Shown: positions 40,771 through 51,138 of the stretch, one piece after another
How positions within the stretch are numbered: the stretch's first letter is position 1
How the letters are laid out: every line of letters begins with the position of its first letter
Source of the DNA: Candidatus Thiopontia autotrophica
GTDB taxonomy: Bacteria > Pseudomonadota > Gammaproteobacteria > GCF-002020875
DNA: 64,000 nucleotides
Direction of reading: 5' to 3'
NCBI GenBank assembly: GCA_014384675.1
Contig: JACNFK010000020.1
Span: 3,954 to 67,953, forward strand
Notes under the pieces: generated by a model
What the model was told of the DNA's origin: nothing
The model's input: the letters and a program-made list of their open reading frames with translations, nothing else
Database searches by the model: none
Translations under genes and position numbers: made by a program

Positions 40771-41634
40771 TTGAACAGTCTGCTAGCATCTCCAGCTATA
40801 ATGATGGGAATAGGACTCTTTTTCGGGGTAATTCTTGCTGTTGCCTATCGTCTGCTAAAGGTAGACGAAGACCCCAGAATTGATGAGACAGAAGAGATGC
40901 TACCTGGCACCAACTGTGGTGCATGTGGTGTTCCTGGATGCCGTGCTTTTGCTGAAGAACTCATCAAAGGCAGTGTGGAACCAAGCCAATGTACGGTTGC
41001 CCCCAAGGATGAGATCGAGGAAATTGCCGAATTCCTGGGAGTTGATGCTGGCTCACAGATAAAACGGGTTGCCCGTCTTCATTGTGCTGGTGGCAAAGAG
41101 GAGGCCTGGCAGATTGCAGAGTACCAGGGATTTGATAGCTGCCGCGCTGCTGCTGTAGTCTCTGGAGGTGGCAAAGGGTGTTCATGGGGATGTCTGGGAC
41201 TGGCAGACTGCGAGATCGCATGTGATTTTGATGCCATTCACATGAATGCCAATGGTCTCCCGGTTGTGGATCTGGATAAATGTACAGCCTGTGAGGATTG
41301 TGTAGTTGCATGTCCAAAGGATCTTTTCAAGATTCACCCGATTAATGAACACCTCCTGGTTCAATGCAGTGCCCCACTGGAGGGGGATGCGATTCTCTCA
41401 CTATGTGGTACCGCCTGTGATGGCTGTGGACGTTGTGCAACAGATGCCAATCCTGGCTTGATAGAGATGGTGGATGGCCTGCCTGTTGTAGATTACAGTA
41501 GCATGGTGGAAGAGACACCAGAGGCCACCTATCGCTGCCCCACTGAAGCCATTATATGGATAGATGGTGGACAGTTTGACCGCAAAAACAGAAACCTGAC
41601 CGAGGGTCAAAAACGTTATGCCCAGCTTCGCTGA
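40771..41634 (+). CDS. rnfB: Rnf electron-transport complex subunit B
   Basis: N-terminal TM helix, RnfB-specific LPGTNCGACGVPGCRAFAEELI (E. coli RsxB [21 protein letters not shown]), then two ferredoxin-type CxxCxxCxxxCP domains. TTG start with AGGAG 6 nt upstream; an ATG at 40801 is possible. Confidence 0.85.
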   Translation: MNSLLASPAIMMGIGLFFGVILAVAYRLLKVDEDPRIDETEEMLPGTNCGACGVPGCRAFAEELIKGSVEPSQCTVAPKDEIEEIAEFLGVDAGSQIKRVARLHCAGGKEEAWQIAEYQGFDSCRAAAVVSGGGKGCSWGCLGLADCEIACDFDAIHMNANGLPVVDLDKCTACEDCVVACPKDLFKIHPINEHLLVQCSAPLEGDAILSLCGTACDGCGRCATDANPGLIEMVDGLPVVDYSSMVEETPEATYRCPTEAIIWIDGGQFDRKNRNLTEGQKRYAQLR

Positions 41635-44600
41635 AATCGCAAACCGCATCTACCGCAAAGTCATCGGAGCAGATAACACTCTGCAAACAGACAGTCACGG
41701 TATTACCACAACGCTAAATGGTAGTGTTGCGGTAGCTACAGTTGAGAGCATTCTATCGGAGGCTGCCGCATGTGGTGAGGCCTTCCCTCCTGAGAAAGGT
41801 TCCATTGCATGGCGTAACGAACAGCAGCGTCAACAGGTTAATCTTTTTGGAAAGCCACTCCTTAACATAGAGAGCGGAAGTGCTCGTGGTGCACTATCTG
41901 CGGCCATGGGGCTTGCGATGGCTGGCAAACGGGCCTCCTGCAGTCTATGGTCAAGTGACCTTGCCAATGCACAGGATCTTGTCAGACGTGCAGTTGGTCA
42001 CCACTTGCCACTGGTTATCCATGCCACCAGCAAGGCACTTCCCCTGAATGGCGAAAGCCATGAAGATAGTGATGAAGGTATTCATCAACTCAGAGATAGT
42101 GGAGCATTTATTCTCTATGCACAGAATGTACAAGAGGCCATTGATTTCACCCTGATTGCCAGAGCAGTTGCTGAGAAGGCACTTGTTCCAGGTATAGTAA
42201 TAATGGATGGTCACGAAACCGCGTCATCACCACAACAGATTGAACTGCCATCTCCAGAACTTATCGAAAACCTGGTTGGCAACTATGCTGATTCAATTCC
42301 GGTTGCAGAGCCAGCCCAGCAACTTGTATTTGGAGAAGAGCGCCGCCGGGTGCCAAATTGGTACAGTCTGGATAATCCAACACTACAGGGAAGCTATCGA
42401 GACCCATACAGTTTTGGGCTTGGCACCATCTCTCACACCAAGTTCTTTGGAGCACTGGTTCAGGAAATTTTGCAGGATACCTTCACCGGTTTCGCTCAAC
42501 TAACAGGTAGAAATTACAGTGCTGTCACCTACCTCGGCAAGAAGAGAGCTAAAAAGATTATTGTTTGCTATGGATCAATAACAGGTCGTTGTAATAACAT
42601 CTCCAACCAACTTAAAGAGATTGCTGTAGCTAGTATTCATCTGCTTGCACCATTTCCTGCCAAAACACTACATGAGACTCTACAGAACTGTAGTGAGGCT
42701 ATAATCCTTGATCGCAGTGAATCACTGCTTGATGAAAAGCCTCAGTTGTATAGAGAAGTTTTGCCTCTGCTCTCACATAACTGTAAGGCAAACTCCGTCA
42801 TCTATGGAGTTGGAGGACTTCCTGTTCACGACTCTGATCTGGTGGCAGCGTTTAAGGCTCCTCACCATGATGACGCTATAAGGGTTGGAGTTACCCCACT
42901 ACCCAACAACAGCAATCCAAAACAGCAGGTCCTAACTGACCTGCTGGAGAGGAATTATCCTGAACTGGGGGAACTTGGCATTACTGGAGGGAGAGAGAAC
43001 AACAGCCACCCCTCCACACCATCCAACTCACAGCATACCCCTATGGCAGTACGCCACCTGGGATCTGATCAAGATAGCGGATACCAGAACCTGTCACGAT
43101 TCTGGGATCAGACCGGAGTTCTCTACCGGGACGGGATGGAGAGTAACCAGGGTATTGATCCATTCGCTGCAGTTGGTCACATTCCTCCGCTAACCTCAAC
43201 ATTTATCACTACTGGCTGCAACACTCTGCCTCTTCTCAATCCGGAGCAGTGCACAGGATGTGGCAAGTGTTGGAGTAACTGTCCTGACAGTGCAATTGTA
43301 GCTGTCTCCCTCTCTCCCACCCAACTTCTGGAGGCAGGTATAAAGATGGGAGGAGCAGATGCACTGCGCCCCCACCTATCCAAACTCGCCAAACAGATGA
43401 GCCTCACCATCAACAGCGGTGAAGCTAAAGAGCTTTTAGAAAAAAGCTGGGATGAGTTAATGACACACTCCCCCCTCCCGGATGAACGCAGAACCAGTGC
43501 GGAAGATGCCATATCACAGCTTGCATCCAACATTGGTGAGCTCCCTCTCATCCATACAGAACCTCTTTTCCACCACCCGGAACGGCTAAAAGCACAATCC
43601 GGGGAGCTGCTATCAATTGTAGTCAACCCTGACAGCTGCAAGGGATGTGGAATCTGTGCCGAACTTTGTAAAACAGAATCAGATACGCCTGCACTCACTA
43701 TGCAGGAACAGAGTGATGAAGAGCTGGACCACGCCTATAAGAGCTGGAGAGTATGGGAGCAACTTCCAGACAGTAGCTCAACAACCATTATTGATTATGG
43801 TGCTCGTCCGGAAATCAGCACACTCAATGCAACCATGCTCTCTCGCCATGCATCTATGGCAATGGCTGGTGGTGACTCTGCAGAACCAGGTTCTGGTGAG
43901 AAAATTGCTATCAGACAACTGTTGGGGATAACCGAATATCATCAACAGCCAATGGTACACAGACTTCTGGAGAATATTGATGAGACTCATCAAAAGCTAC
44001 TCTCCGGAATCCGGGAAAAACTGGCAGTAGCCTCTCATGCCGATGATCTCTCCTCGCTGGCAGAAGGTCTTGAGAGCGTATCCAGCAGGCAAATTGATCT
44101 GAGTGCATTGGCAGAAAAGACTGCCAATATTGAAAGTGATGGTGTAAATGCGGAAGAGCTGAAAGAGTGGATAAATCTGGCTGAGAGAATCCGCACAGAG
44201 AGAGAAAGGATTGCAAGCGGAGAACACTCTCTGGGACGCTCCCGCTATAGCATGGTATTTGCTCCTGGAACTGCAGCAGCCTGGGCGGGAACCTTTCCAT
44301 CCAACCCATTCCAGGTCCCTGTAGTTATTGGATCTGCAGGAGAGGTCGGTGCCCTTGCATCCGGCCTGATAGAGGGTCAACTGGAACAGGCCACAGAGAT
44401 TCATCGCATTTTGCGCAAAGCAAAACTACTACTGAAGAATGGCTCTCTTGCAGAACGCAAGGCCACAGAACAGCTTGTCTGGGGGGATTTAAGCAGAGAT
44501 GAACTACAGCAATCGCCTCCTCTATTGCTAATTGGCAATGACACCACGCTGGGTGCAGAATCTGCAGGGGAACTTATCTGGTTACTTAACAGCAGACTCC

Positions 44601-45394
44601 CCATAAAGGTTATTGTGCTGGCAGAAATGGATCTTGGGTTTAGTGACACCCACTCCGATGCCCGCTCGGAGCTTGCTCTGACTGCCCTCTCCCAACGCAA
44701 TGCTTACGTTGCACAGAGCTCAATCGCCGCCCCTGACCATCTAAATAGAGTGGTACGTGAATCACTGCGTCATTCTGGACCTGCCCTGCTAAGAATTTAT
44801 GTGCCCAGCCCACAACGCCATGGATTTAATCCCGAGGCGACAATCAGACAGGCTGAATTGGCCCTCAACGGACATGCCACTCCTCTATTTAGCTACAACC
44901 CGACTGCTGACGGAGTCTTTGGAACACGCATTAGCCTGGAAGGAAATCCAACCGAGAGCAGATCAATTGCAGAGTGGGCAATCAGCGAAGAACGTTTCTC
45001 GGGACAGTTCACCAGCCTCTCCAATGGACAGAAGAGCAAAGCTGTAGAGCTTGAGGAGTGGCTCAAGCTTGATACCAGGGCCCAGAACAACAAGATTCCT
45101 GTTTTCGAAGAACATGCAATCAATCCCGGTTTTGCCAGTCGTCTGGGGCAACTGCTTGAGCAGTGGCAGATGCTCCAGGAGCTCGCCGGAATCGTTACTC
45201 CGTTTACTGAACAGGTTAAGAGAGAGGCAGAGAGCAATATCTCTGCCGACCATCAAAGAGAGATTGATGAACTGAACAGAGAGCACCAAGAGGAGCTCCA
45301 GACACTAAGAAACCGGCTGGAGTCCGAGATTACCCAACGCATAACTGATCAACTGGTTGCACTAACTGACAGCCAGTCTGATCCAGACCAATAA
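41618..45394 (+). CDS. divergent pyruvate:ferredoxin oxidoreductase (PFOR/NifJ)-like multidomain protein, 1258 aa
   Basis: Domain I/II-like N-terminus collinear with single-chain PFOR (IESGSARGALSAAMGLAMAGKRASCSLWSS...LPLVIHATSKAL vs PFOR [26 protein letters not shown]...LPGVFHVTARAI). Central 2x[4Fe-4S] ferredoxin domain (CTGCGKCWSNCP, CKGCGICAELCK). C-terminal TPP-domain-like region with a degenerate motif (LLLIGNDTT...KVIVLAEMDLG instead of GDG...NTGGQ). I see no counterpart of PFOR domain III. 150-aa coiled-coil tail. Confidence 0.65.
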   Translation: MPSFAEIANRIYRKVIGADNTLQTDSHGITTTLNGSVAVATVESILSEAAACGEAFPPEKGSIAWRNEQQRQQVNLFGKPLLNIESGSARGALSAAMGLAMAGKRASCSLWSSDLANAQDLVRRAVGHHLPLVIHATSKALPLNGESHEDSDEGIHQLRDSGAFILYAQNVQEAIDFTLIARAVAEKALVPGIVIMDGHETASSPQQIELPSPELIENLVGNYADSIPVAEPAQQLVFGEERRRVPNWYSLDNPTLQGSYRDPYSFGLGTISHTKFFGALVQEILQDTFTGFAQLTGRNYSAVTYLGKKRAKKIIVCYGSITGRCNNISNQLKEIAVASIHLLAPFPAKTLHETLQNCSEAIILDRSESLLDEKPQLYREVLPLLSHNCKANSVIYGVGGLPVHDSDLVAAFKAPHHDDAIRVGVTPLPNNSNPKQQVLTDLLERNYPELGELGITGGRENNSHPSTPSNSQHTPMAVRHLGSDQDSGYQNLSRFWDQTGVLYRDGMESNQGIDPFAAVGHIPPLTSTFITTGCNTLPLLNPEQCTGCGKCWSNCPDSAIVAVSLSPTQLLEAGIKMGGADALRPHLSKLAKQMSLTINSGEAKELLEKSWDELMTHSPLPDERRTSAEDAISQLASNIGELPLIHTEPLFHHPERLKAQSGELLSIVVNPDSCKGCGICAELCKTESDTPALTMQEQSDEELDHAYKSWRVWEQLPDSSSTTIIDYGARPEISTLNATMLSRHASMAMAGGDSAEPGSGEKIAIRQLLGITEYHQQPMVHRLLENIDETHQKLLSGIREKLAVASHADDLSSLAEGLESVSSRQIDLSALAEKTANIESDGVNAEELKEWINLAERIRTERERIASGEHSLGRSRYSMVFAPGTAAAWAGTFPSNPFQVPVVIGSAGEVGALASGLIEGQLEQATEIHRILRKAKLLLKNGSLAERKATEQLVWGDLSRDELQQSPPLLLIGNDTTLGAESAGELIWLLNSRLPIKVIVLAEMDLGFSDTHSDARSELALTALSQRNAYVAQSSIAAPDHLNRVVRESLRHSGPALLRIYVPSPQRHGFNPEATIRQAELALNGHATPLFSYNPTADGVFGTRISLEGNPTESRSIAEWAISEERFSGQFTSLSNGQKSKAVELEEWLKLDTRAQNNKIPVFEEHAINPGFASRLGQLLEQWQMLQELAGIVTPFTEQVKREAESNISADHQREIDELNREHQEELQTLRNRLESEITQRITDQLVALTDSQSDPDQ

Positions 45395-45420
45395 ATTAGC
45401 AATTACAAGGAACGTAATTA

Positions 45421-46596
45421 ATGAACCTTCACGAATATCAATCCAAAGAGCTTTTTGAACAGGTTGGGATCCCCGTACCTGCTGGAGTAACCATCGAACG
45501 TCTTGGTGAGGTAGCGCAGGCTGCCAACGATATTGGTGGCGAGGCCTGGGTTGCCAAGGCGCAAGTCCATGCTGGTGGGCGCGGCAAGGCTGGAGGCGTA
45601 AAAATAGCAAAGAGCATTGATGAACTTTCTACCTTCAGTGATGAGATGCTGGGTAGCACCCTAACCACCCCTCAGACCCATGGTCGTGGCCTGCCTATCC
45701 AGAAGGTATTAATTGAACAGACACTGGATATCAGTAGAGAGTTATACCTTGGCGCACTGGTTGATCGCGATCGCGAACAGATTGTCTATATGGTATCTGC
45801 GGCTGGTGGAATGGATATCGAACAGGTTGCTGCCGAAACTCCCGAGAAGATACTTACAGTACATGCCCATAGTGCTGCTGGTCTGCAGCCATACCAATGC
45901 CGCCAACTGGCATTTGGGCTGGAGCTGGAGGGCAAACAGATTGGGATGTTGACCAAAATTGTTAGCGGTCTGCACCGTCTATTTACTCACAACGACTTTA
46001 GTCTGGTAGAGATTAACCCTCTTATAGTAACTGGTGATGGAGATCTTCTGGCGCTTGATGCCAAGATCAACCTGGATGATAACGCTCTCTATCGCCACCC
46101 GAAACTACAGGAACTACATGATCCGTCACAGGAAGATAGGACTGAACTCGAAGCAAGCAAACACGACCTGAACTATATAACTCTGGACGGCAATATTGGC
46201 TGCATGGTCAATGGTGCCGGTCTCGCTATGGCTACAATGGATCTGATCAAGCTCCATGGCGGAGACCCTGCAAACTTTCTTGATGTCGGTGGCGGTACAA
46301 CTGCAGAACGGGTAGCCGCTGCATTCAAGCTGATCCTCAGTGACGCCAAGGTAGAGGCCATTCTGGTAAATATCTTCGGTGGCATCGTGCGCTGTGATCT
46401 GATTGCCGAGGGAATAATCTCGGCTGTGAAGGAGGTTGGTATAGAGATCCCGGTAATTGTTCGTCTGGAGGGAACCAACGCTCCGCAAGGGATGGATCTC
46501 CTGAAAAACAGTGGACTCAACATTGATGTTGAAGAGACCCTTACAGGGGCTGCCAAGAAGGCAGTCTCTTCAACCAATAGCCAGGAGGGAGAGTAG
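45421..46596 (+). CDS. sucC: succinate--CoA ligase (ADP-forming) subunit beta
   Basis: [20 protein letters not shown]...[19 protein letters not shown] is near-collinear with E. coli SucC ([20 protein letters not shown]...[19 protein letters not shown]). Confidence 0.93.
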   Translation: MNLHEYQSKELFEQVGIPVPAGVTIERLGEVAQAANDIGGEAWVAKAQVHAGGRGKAGGVKIAKSIDELSTFSDEMLGSTLTTPQTHGRGLPIQKVLIEQTLDISRELYLGALVDRDREQIVYMVSAAGGMDIEQVAAETPEKILTVHAHSAAGLQPYQCRQLAFGLELEGKQIGMLTKIVSGLHRLFTHNDFSLVEINPLIVTGDGDLLALDAKINLDDNALYRHPKLQELHDPSQEDRTELEASKHDLNYITLDGNIGCMVNGAGLAMATMDLIKLHGGDPANFLDVGGGTTAERVAAAFKLILSDAKVEAILVNIFGGIVRCDLIAEGIISAVKEVGIEIPVIVRLEGTNAPQGMDLLKNSGLNIDVEETLTGAAKKAVSSTNSQEGE

Positions 46597-46598
46597 AG

Positions 46599-47474
46599 AT
46601 GAGCATTTTAATTAACAACGATACTCGTGTCATCGTCCAGGGCTTCACAGGCAAACAGGGCACATTCCACGCAGAGCAGTCAATTGCCTACGGAACAAAT
46701 ATTGTTGGAGGAGTAACCCCGGGGAAAGGTGGCCAGAGCCATCTTGACCGCCCTGTATTCAACACTGTAAAAGATGCTGTAGACGCTACCGGTGCTGATG
46801 CCAGCATGATCTATGTTCCTGCCGCCTTTGCGGCGGACGCAATCTTTGAGGCTGCTGCCGGTGGTATCAAGACGATCGTATGCATTACCGAGGGCATTCC
46901 TGTTCAGGACATGATCAAGGTAAAGGCATTCCTGAAAGACTTTCCAGACACCCGCCTTATCGGACCCAACTGTCCAGGCATCATCACCCCCGGAGCCTGC
47001 AAGATTGGAATCATGCCTGGCAATATTCACCAGGAGGGGGCAATTGGCATAGTCTCCCGTTCTGGCACCCTCACCTATGAAGCGGTCTTCCAGACCACCA
47101 ATGAGGGTCTTGGACAGAGTACCTGTATCGGTATTGGAGGAGATCCAATCCATGGCATGAATTTTATCGACTGTCTGGAGCTGTTCCAGCAGGATGAACA
47201 GACCAGGGGAATTGTACTGGTTGGTGAGATTGGTGGCAGCAAAGAGGAGGAGGCCGCAGAGTATATTCGCCAGAATGTAACAAAGCCGGTAGTAGCATAT
47301 ATTGCCGGAGTGACCGCACCTCCAGGACGCAGAATGGGTCATGCAGGTGCAATCATCTCTGGTGGCAAGGGAACAGCGGAAGACAAGATAAGCGCCCTTG
47401 AGGCAGCCGGGGTCACAGTCTCCCGCTCTCCTGCCGAGATCGGAAAACATATGGCTGCATTACTGAACAGTTAA
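46599..47474 (+). CDS. sucD: succinate--CoA ligase subunit alpha
   Basis: [24 protein letters not shown], phospho-His loop [14 protein letters not shown], and CoA-binding fold. Confidence 0.93.
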   Translation: MSILINNDTRVIVQGFTGKQGTFHAEQSIAYGTNIVGGVTPGKGGQSHLDRPVFNTVKDAVDATGADASMIYVPAAFAADAIFEAAAGGIKTIVCITEGIPVQDMIKVKAFLKDFPDTRLIGPNCPGIITPGACKIGIMPGNIHQEGAIGIVSRSGTLTYEAVFQTTNEGLGQSTCIGIGGDPIHGMNFIDCLELFQQDEQTRGIVLVGEIGGSKEEEAAEYIRQNVTKPVVAYIAGVTAPPGRRMGHAGAIISGGKGTAEDKISALEAAGVTVSRSPAEIGKHMAALLNS

Positions 47475-47487
47475 CCATTAATAGTTT

Positions 47488-48837
47488 ATGGGTCTCCTTT
47501 CACTTTTCAGACAGAGCTTTGCACACGGTGTACACCCTGCCCACAACAAGGGGCAGACTGCAGACCTTGCAATTCAGCGGGTACCTTTTGGTCACCGTTA
47601 TGTAATGCCGCTGGGGCAACATATAGGTGCGCCAGCCATAGCTGTTGTAAAAAAAGGTCAGAGCGTGAAACGTGGAGAGATGATTGCCAAACCGGGAGGC
47701 TTCATATCTACCGCTCTACACAGCCCAGTCACCGGCACAGTAAGTGAAATAAGCCCTCAACGCACACTGGATGGATCATTTAAACCAGCCATTGTCATCG
47801 AGGCTGATCCATTTTCCACCCAGAGGGTAGAGACCACCCCTCCCCCATCCTGGGAGACCATCTCTCTGGATGATTTTATTGAACTTGTACAGCAGGCAGG
47901 AGTAGTTGGAATGGGTGGTGCAGCATTCCCCAGCCATGTTAAATACTCGATTCCAGACGGCATCGTGATTGATGATCTGCTGATCAATGGTGCAGAGTGT
48001 GAGCCGTTCCTTACCAACGATCATCGCTTAATGGTTGAGCAGCCAGAAAAAGTTATTAACGGAACCGAAATCCTGCGCCAAAAACTTGGGGCCAAGAGAG
48101 CCAATATTGGCGTAGAGAAAAATAAGCCAGAGGCGATTGTAAATCTCCAAAAAGCTCTTGATAAAAACCCGGAACTGCCAATAACCATAACCCCTCTGGA
48201 GGTGAAGTATCCCCAGGGTGCAGAGAAGATGTTGATTCAATCTGTCTACCACAAAGAGGTTCCTGCCGGTCAACTACCGAGAGATATCGGGGTTGCTGTC
48301 AACAACAGCGGCACCGTTGTAGCGATTGCTGACCTCTTTGCAACCGGATCCCCACTTATTGAACGGGTGGTCACAGTCTCTGGCCCTGGCATTGATCAAC
48401 CAGCAAATCTTCTGGTTCCACTTGGTACTCCAGTCAGGGATGTATTGAAATTCTGTGGTGGGCTCAATGACAAAACTCGAGAGGTAATAATGGGTGGTCC
48501 CATGATGGGATTTCCTATAGCCAGTCTGGATGTTCCCATTCTAAAGGGAAGCTCAGCCATTCTTGCATTTACCGAGCAAGAGACAGCCAGACCCCATGAG
48601 TACCCATGCATTAGATGTGGGCGCTGCCTGGAGGCATGCCCATACTTTCTCAATCCATCACGGCTGGCACTGTTAAGTCGCAACAGACGTTATGAAGAGA
48701 CTATTGATTACCATGTAATGGATTGTGTTGAGTGCGGTGCATGCAGCTTTGCATGCCCATCCAATATCCCGATTGTGCAGTTGATTAGAACAGCCAAAGA
48801 CAATATGCGCCAGCACCCTGTCGAGGAGGCAGCATGA
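47488..48837 (+). CDS. rnfC: Rnf complex subunit C
   Basis: N-terminal GVHPAHNKGQT...PLGQHIGAPA, Rossmann-like GMGGAAFP, and two C-terminal [4Fe-4S] motifs (CIRCGRCLEACP, CVECGACSFACP). Confidence 0.9.
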   Translation: MGLLSLFRQSFAHGVHPAHNKGQTADLAIQRVPFGHRYVMPLGQHIGAPAIAVVKKGQSVKRGEMIAKPGGFISTALHSPVTGTVSEISPQRTLDGSFKPAIVIEADPFSTQRVETTPPPSWETISLDDFIELVQQAGVVGMGGAAFPSHVKYSIPDGIVIDDLLINGAECEPFLTNDHRLMVEQPEKVINGTEILRQKLGAKRANIGVEKNKPEAIVNLQKALDKNPELPITITPLEVKYPQGAEKMLIQSVYHKEVPAGQLPRDIGVAVNNSGTVVAIADLFATGSPLIERVVTVSGPGIDQPANLLVPLGTPVRDVLKFCGGLNDKTREVIMGGPMMGFPIASLDVPILKGSSAILAFTEQETARPHEYPCIRCGRCLEACPYFLNPSRLALLSRNRRYEETIDYHVMDCVECGACSFACPSNIPIVQLIRTAKDNMRQHPVEEAA

Positions 48838-49850
48838 ACAGGGATGACCCGAATCTTCTGCTGCAGCCATCACCTCTGGTAAAACAGGGGCTGACTGTAC
48901 CGACTGCAATGCGTGACGTGTTGTTGGCACTTATGCCTGCACTATTTGCAGGGATCTGGTTCTTTGGCCTGAGTGCACTGCTGGTGGTTACTGCGACCAC
49001 TCTTGGTGCCTTGATGACAGAGTGGGTTTTTACCTCCAGAGAGAGCCGCTCCATTACGCTTGGTGATGGCAGTGCACTACTTACTGGAATATTACTGGGT
49101 ATGACCCTACCACCTGCTCTTCCGCTGTGGATGGCGTGGCTGGGAGGAGTAGTTGCTATTGGGCTCGGCAAGATAATCTGGGGAGGTCTTGGTAATAATC
49201 TATTCAACCCTGCCATTGTGGGTCGTGCCTTTCTGCTTGGAACATTTCCAATAGCAATGACGACATGGCATATCGCTGCGGGGCCTGACAGTTTCTTCAG
49301 CCTACACCCAAGCACCCTTGCCATGCCATTCATGCAGTCTCCCCCCATGGATGGCATGAGTGCCGCAACCCCACTTGGCCTGATGAAGTTTGAGCAGATT
49401 GATACCCCAATATTCTCCCTGATGTTTGGCAACACCTCTGGCTCACTTGGAGAGACCAGTGGCCTGCTACTGATGGTTGGAGGACTATACCTGCTGTTAC
49501 GTCGTGCGCTGGAGTGGAGAATACCACTGGCAATCTTTCTCTCTGTAGGGGTCTTTACCCTACTGTTACAGGCAATCGATCCAGCCCGTTTCCCAGATAT
49601 CCATTTCACCCTCTTCTCTGGCGGAATGATGCTTGGTGCAATCTACATGGCAACCGACCCTGTCACCTCACCTGTCACTACAAAAGGGGCATGGATATTT
49701 GGTTGCGGAGTTGGATTCCTGGTAGTGCTAATTCGTAACTTTGGTGGGCTACCAGAGGGGATACTATATGCCATTCTCTTTATGAATGCCGCCACCCCAC
49801 TGATTAACCGTTATACCCAACCCAGAGTCTTTGGCCGGAGCAGGAAATGA
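48834..49850 (+). CDS. rnfD: Rnf complex subunit D
   Basis: Polytopic NqrB/RnfD-family membrane protein. Overlaps the rnfC stop by 4 nt. Has the conserved FMN-attachment region. Confidence 0.88.
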   Translation: MNRDDPNLLLQPSPLVKQGLTVPTAMRDVLLALMPALFAGIWFFGLSALLVVTATTLGALMTEWVFTSRESRSITLGDGSALLTGILLGMTLPPALPLWMAWLGGVVAIGLGKIIWGGLGNNLFNPAIVGRAFLLGTFPIAMTTWHIAAGPDSFFSLHPSTLAMPFMQSPPMDGMSAATPLGLMKFEQIDTPIFSLMFGNTSGSLGETSGLLLMVGGLYLLLRRALEWRIPLAIFLSVGVFTLLLQAIDPARFPDIHFTLFSGGMMLGAIYMATDPVTSPVTTKGAWIFGCGVGFLVVLIRNFGGLPEGILYAILFMNAATPLINRYTQPRVFGRSRK

Positions 49851-50482
49851 GTGACGAACCCACCTCCACCCGCCTGATCTCCACACTGGCAATAGCTGGG
49901 CTAATTTCAGGCGTGGCAATTGTTGCCATCTATGAGGCTACTCTGCAGACAATTACCGACAATAAAGCCAGAGAGTTGAGAGAGGCTGTATTCAAGGTGT
50001 TGCCAGGGGTAAGTGAGATGAAAAAGTTTCAGCTAGATGCAGACGGCCTGCGTTTCCGTACAGAAAAAGGTAAAGATGAAAACACCCTTTACGGTGGATA
50101 TAACCAGCATGGAGAGTTCGTCGGTTATGCCCTCCCCAGTGCCGGTCCGGGGTTTCAGGACACTATCGGGATACTGTATGGATATATTCCAGAGTCACGT
50201 AAAGTAGTAGGTATGGAGATTCTGGAGAGCCGTGAGACTCCAGGGCTTGGAGACAAAATATACAAGGACCTCTCATTTGTATCCAATTTTGATAATCTTG
50301 CTATTGATCCAGAAATAGTTACCGTGAAAAAAGGGATGAAGAACGCTCCCAATGAAGTTGATGCCATTACAGGTGCAACCATCTCAGCAAAAGCTGTGGT
50401 TCGTATTATCAACGAGGGTAATGAGCGCTGGTTAAACAGGCTTCCTACCCACGGCATTCCACTACATGAGGGAGCCAGATAG
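49847..50482 (+). CDS. rnfG: Rnf complex subunit G (FMN-binding)
   Basis: N-terminal anchor and the covalent-FMN site context DAITGATISAKAV. Confidence 0.88.
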   Translation: MSDEPTSTRLISTLAIAGLISGVAIVAIYEATLQTITDNKARELREAVFKVLPGVSEMKKFQLDADGLRFRTEKGKDENTLYGGYNQHGEFVGYALPSAGPGFQDTIGILYGYIPESRKVVGMEILESRETPGLGDKIYKDLSFVSNFDNLAIDPEIVTVKKGMKNAPNEVDAITGATISAKAVVRIINEGNERWLNRLPTHGIPLHEGAR

Positions 50483-50484
50483 TC

Positions 50485-51138
50485 ATGGCAAAAACACCTG
50501 AAAGCGCGTACCAGGAGATGCTCAAGGGGATCTGGAGAGACAACCCTGTCTTTGTCCAGGTACTCGGAATGTGCCCCATGCTGGCGGTCACCAACTCTGC
50601 TGTCAATGCATTGGCGATGGGGCTAGCCACATTCTTTGTGCTGGTAGGCTCCAGCCTGCTGGTCTCACTAATGCGCAAGTGGATTCCCAAACAGGTTCGT
50701 ATCTCCAGCTACATCATCATTATCGCCACCTTTGTAACCATCATCGACTATACCCTGCTGGCAATCTTTCCCAAGATCCACAAAGAGCTAGGAGCGTTCA
50801 TCCCGCTGATTACCGCAAACTGCCTGATCCTGGGGCGCCAGGAGGCCTTCGCCTCACGCAACAGTGTCCGCTTTGCGGTAATGGATGCGGTGGGTATGGC
50901 GGGAGGATTCCTCTTCGCCCTGCTGGCACTTGGTGGGGTGCGCGAGATTCTCGGTGAGGGGGCACTGTTTGGGGTCTCACTCTTCGGACCCAACTTTGAA
51001 CCATGGATAATCATGATCCTGCCACCTGGCGGCTTCCTTACCCTGGGGCTGATTCTGCTCTTCTTCAACTGGGTCACAGAGAAGCGCAGAGAGGCACAGA
51101 TGCGTATGCTGCAACCGGCTGAGGAGAGAGCGTCATGA
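50485..51138 (+). CDS. rnfE: Rnf complex subunit E
   Basis: NqrD/RnfE family: NPVFVQVLGMCPMLAVT ... LITANCLILGR. Confidence 0.88.
   Translation: MAKTPESAYQEMLKGIWRDNPVFVQVLGMCPMLAVTNSAVNALAMGLATFFVLVGSSLLVSLMRKWIPKQVRISSYIIIIATFVTIIDYTLLAIFPKIHKELGAFIPLITANCLILGRQEAFASRNSVRFAVMDAVGMAGGFLFALLALGGVREILGEGALFGVSLFGPNFEPWIIMILPPGGFLTLGLILLFFNWVTEKRREAQMRMLQPAEERAS

Noticed and set aside
46680-47450. 256-aa - strand ORF
   Set aside because: Antisense to sucD.
45421-47474. Possibility that the sucC/sucD pair encodes citryl-CoA synthetase (CcsAB) for citrate cleavage
   Set aside because: Both proteins are near-collinear with canonical E. coli SucC/SucD, including N-termini and the phospho-His loop, with no insertions. 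I therefore call them ordinary succinyl-CoA synthetase. Only enzymology could exclude dual specificity.
48785-49609. 274-aa - strand ORF
   Set aside because: Antisense to the rnfC end and rnfD.
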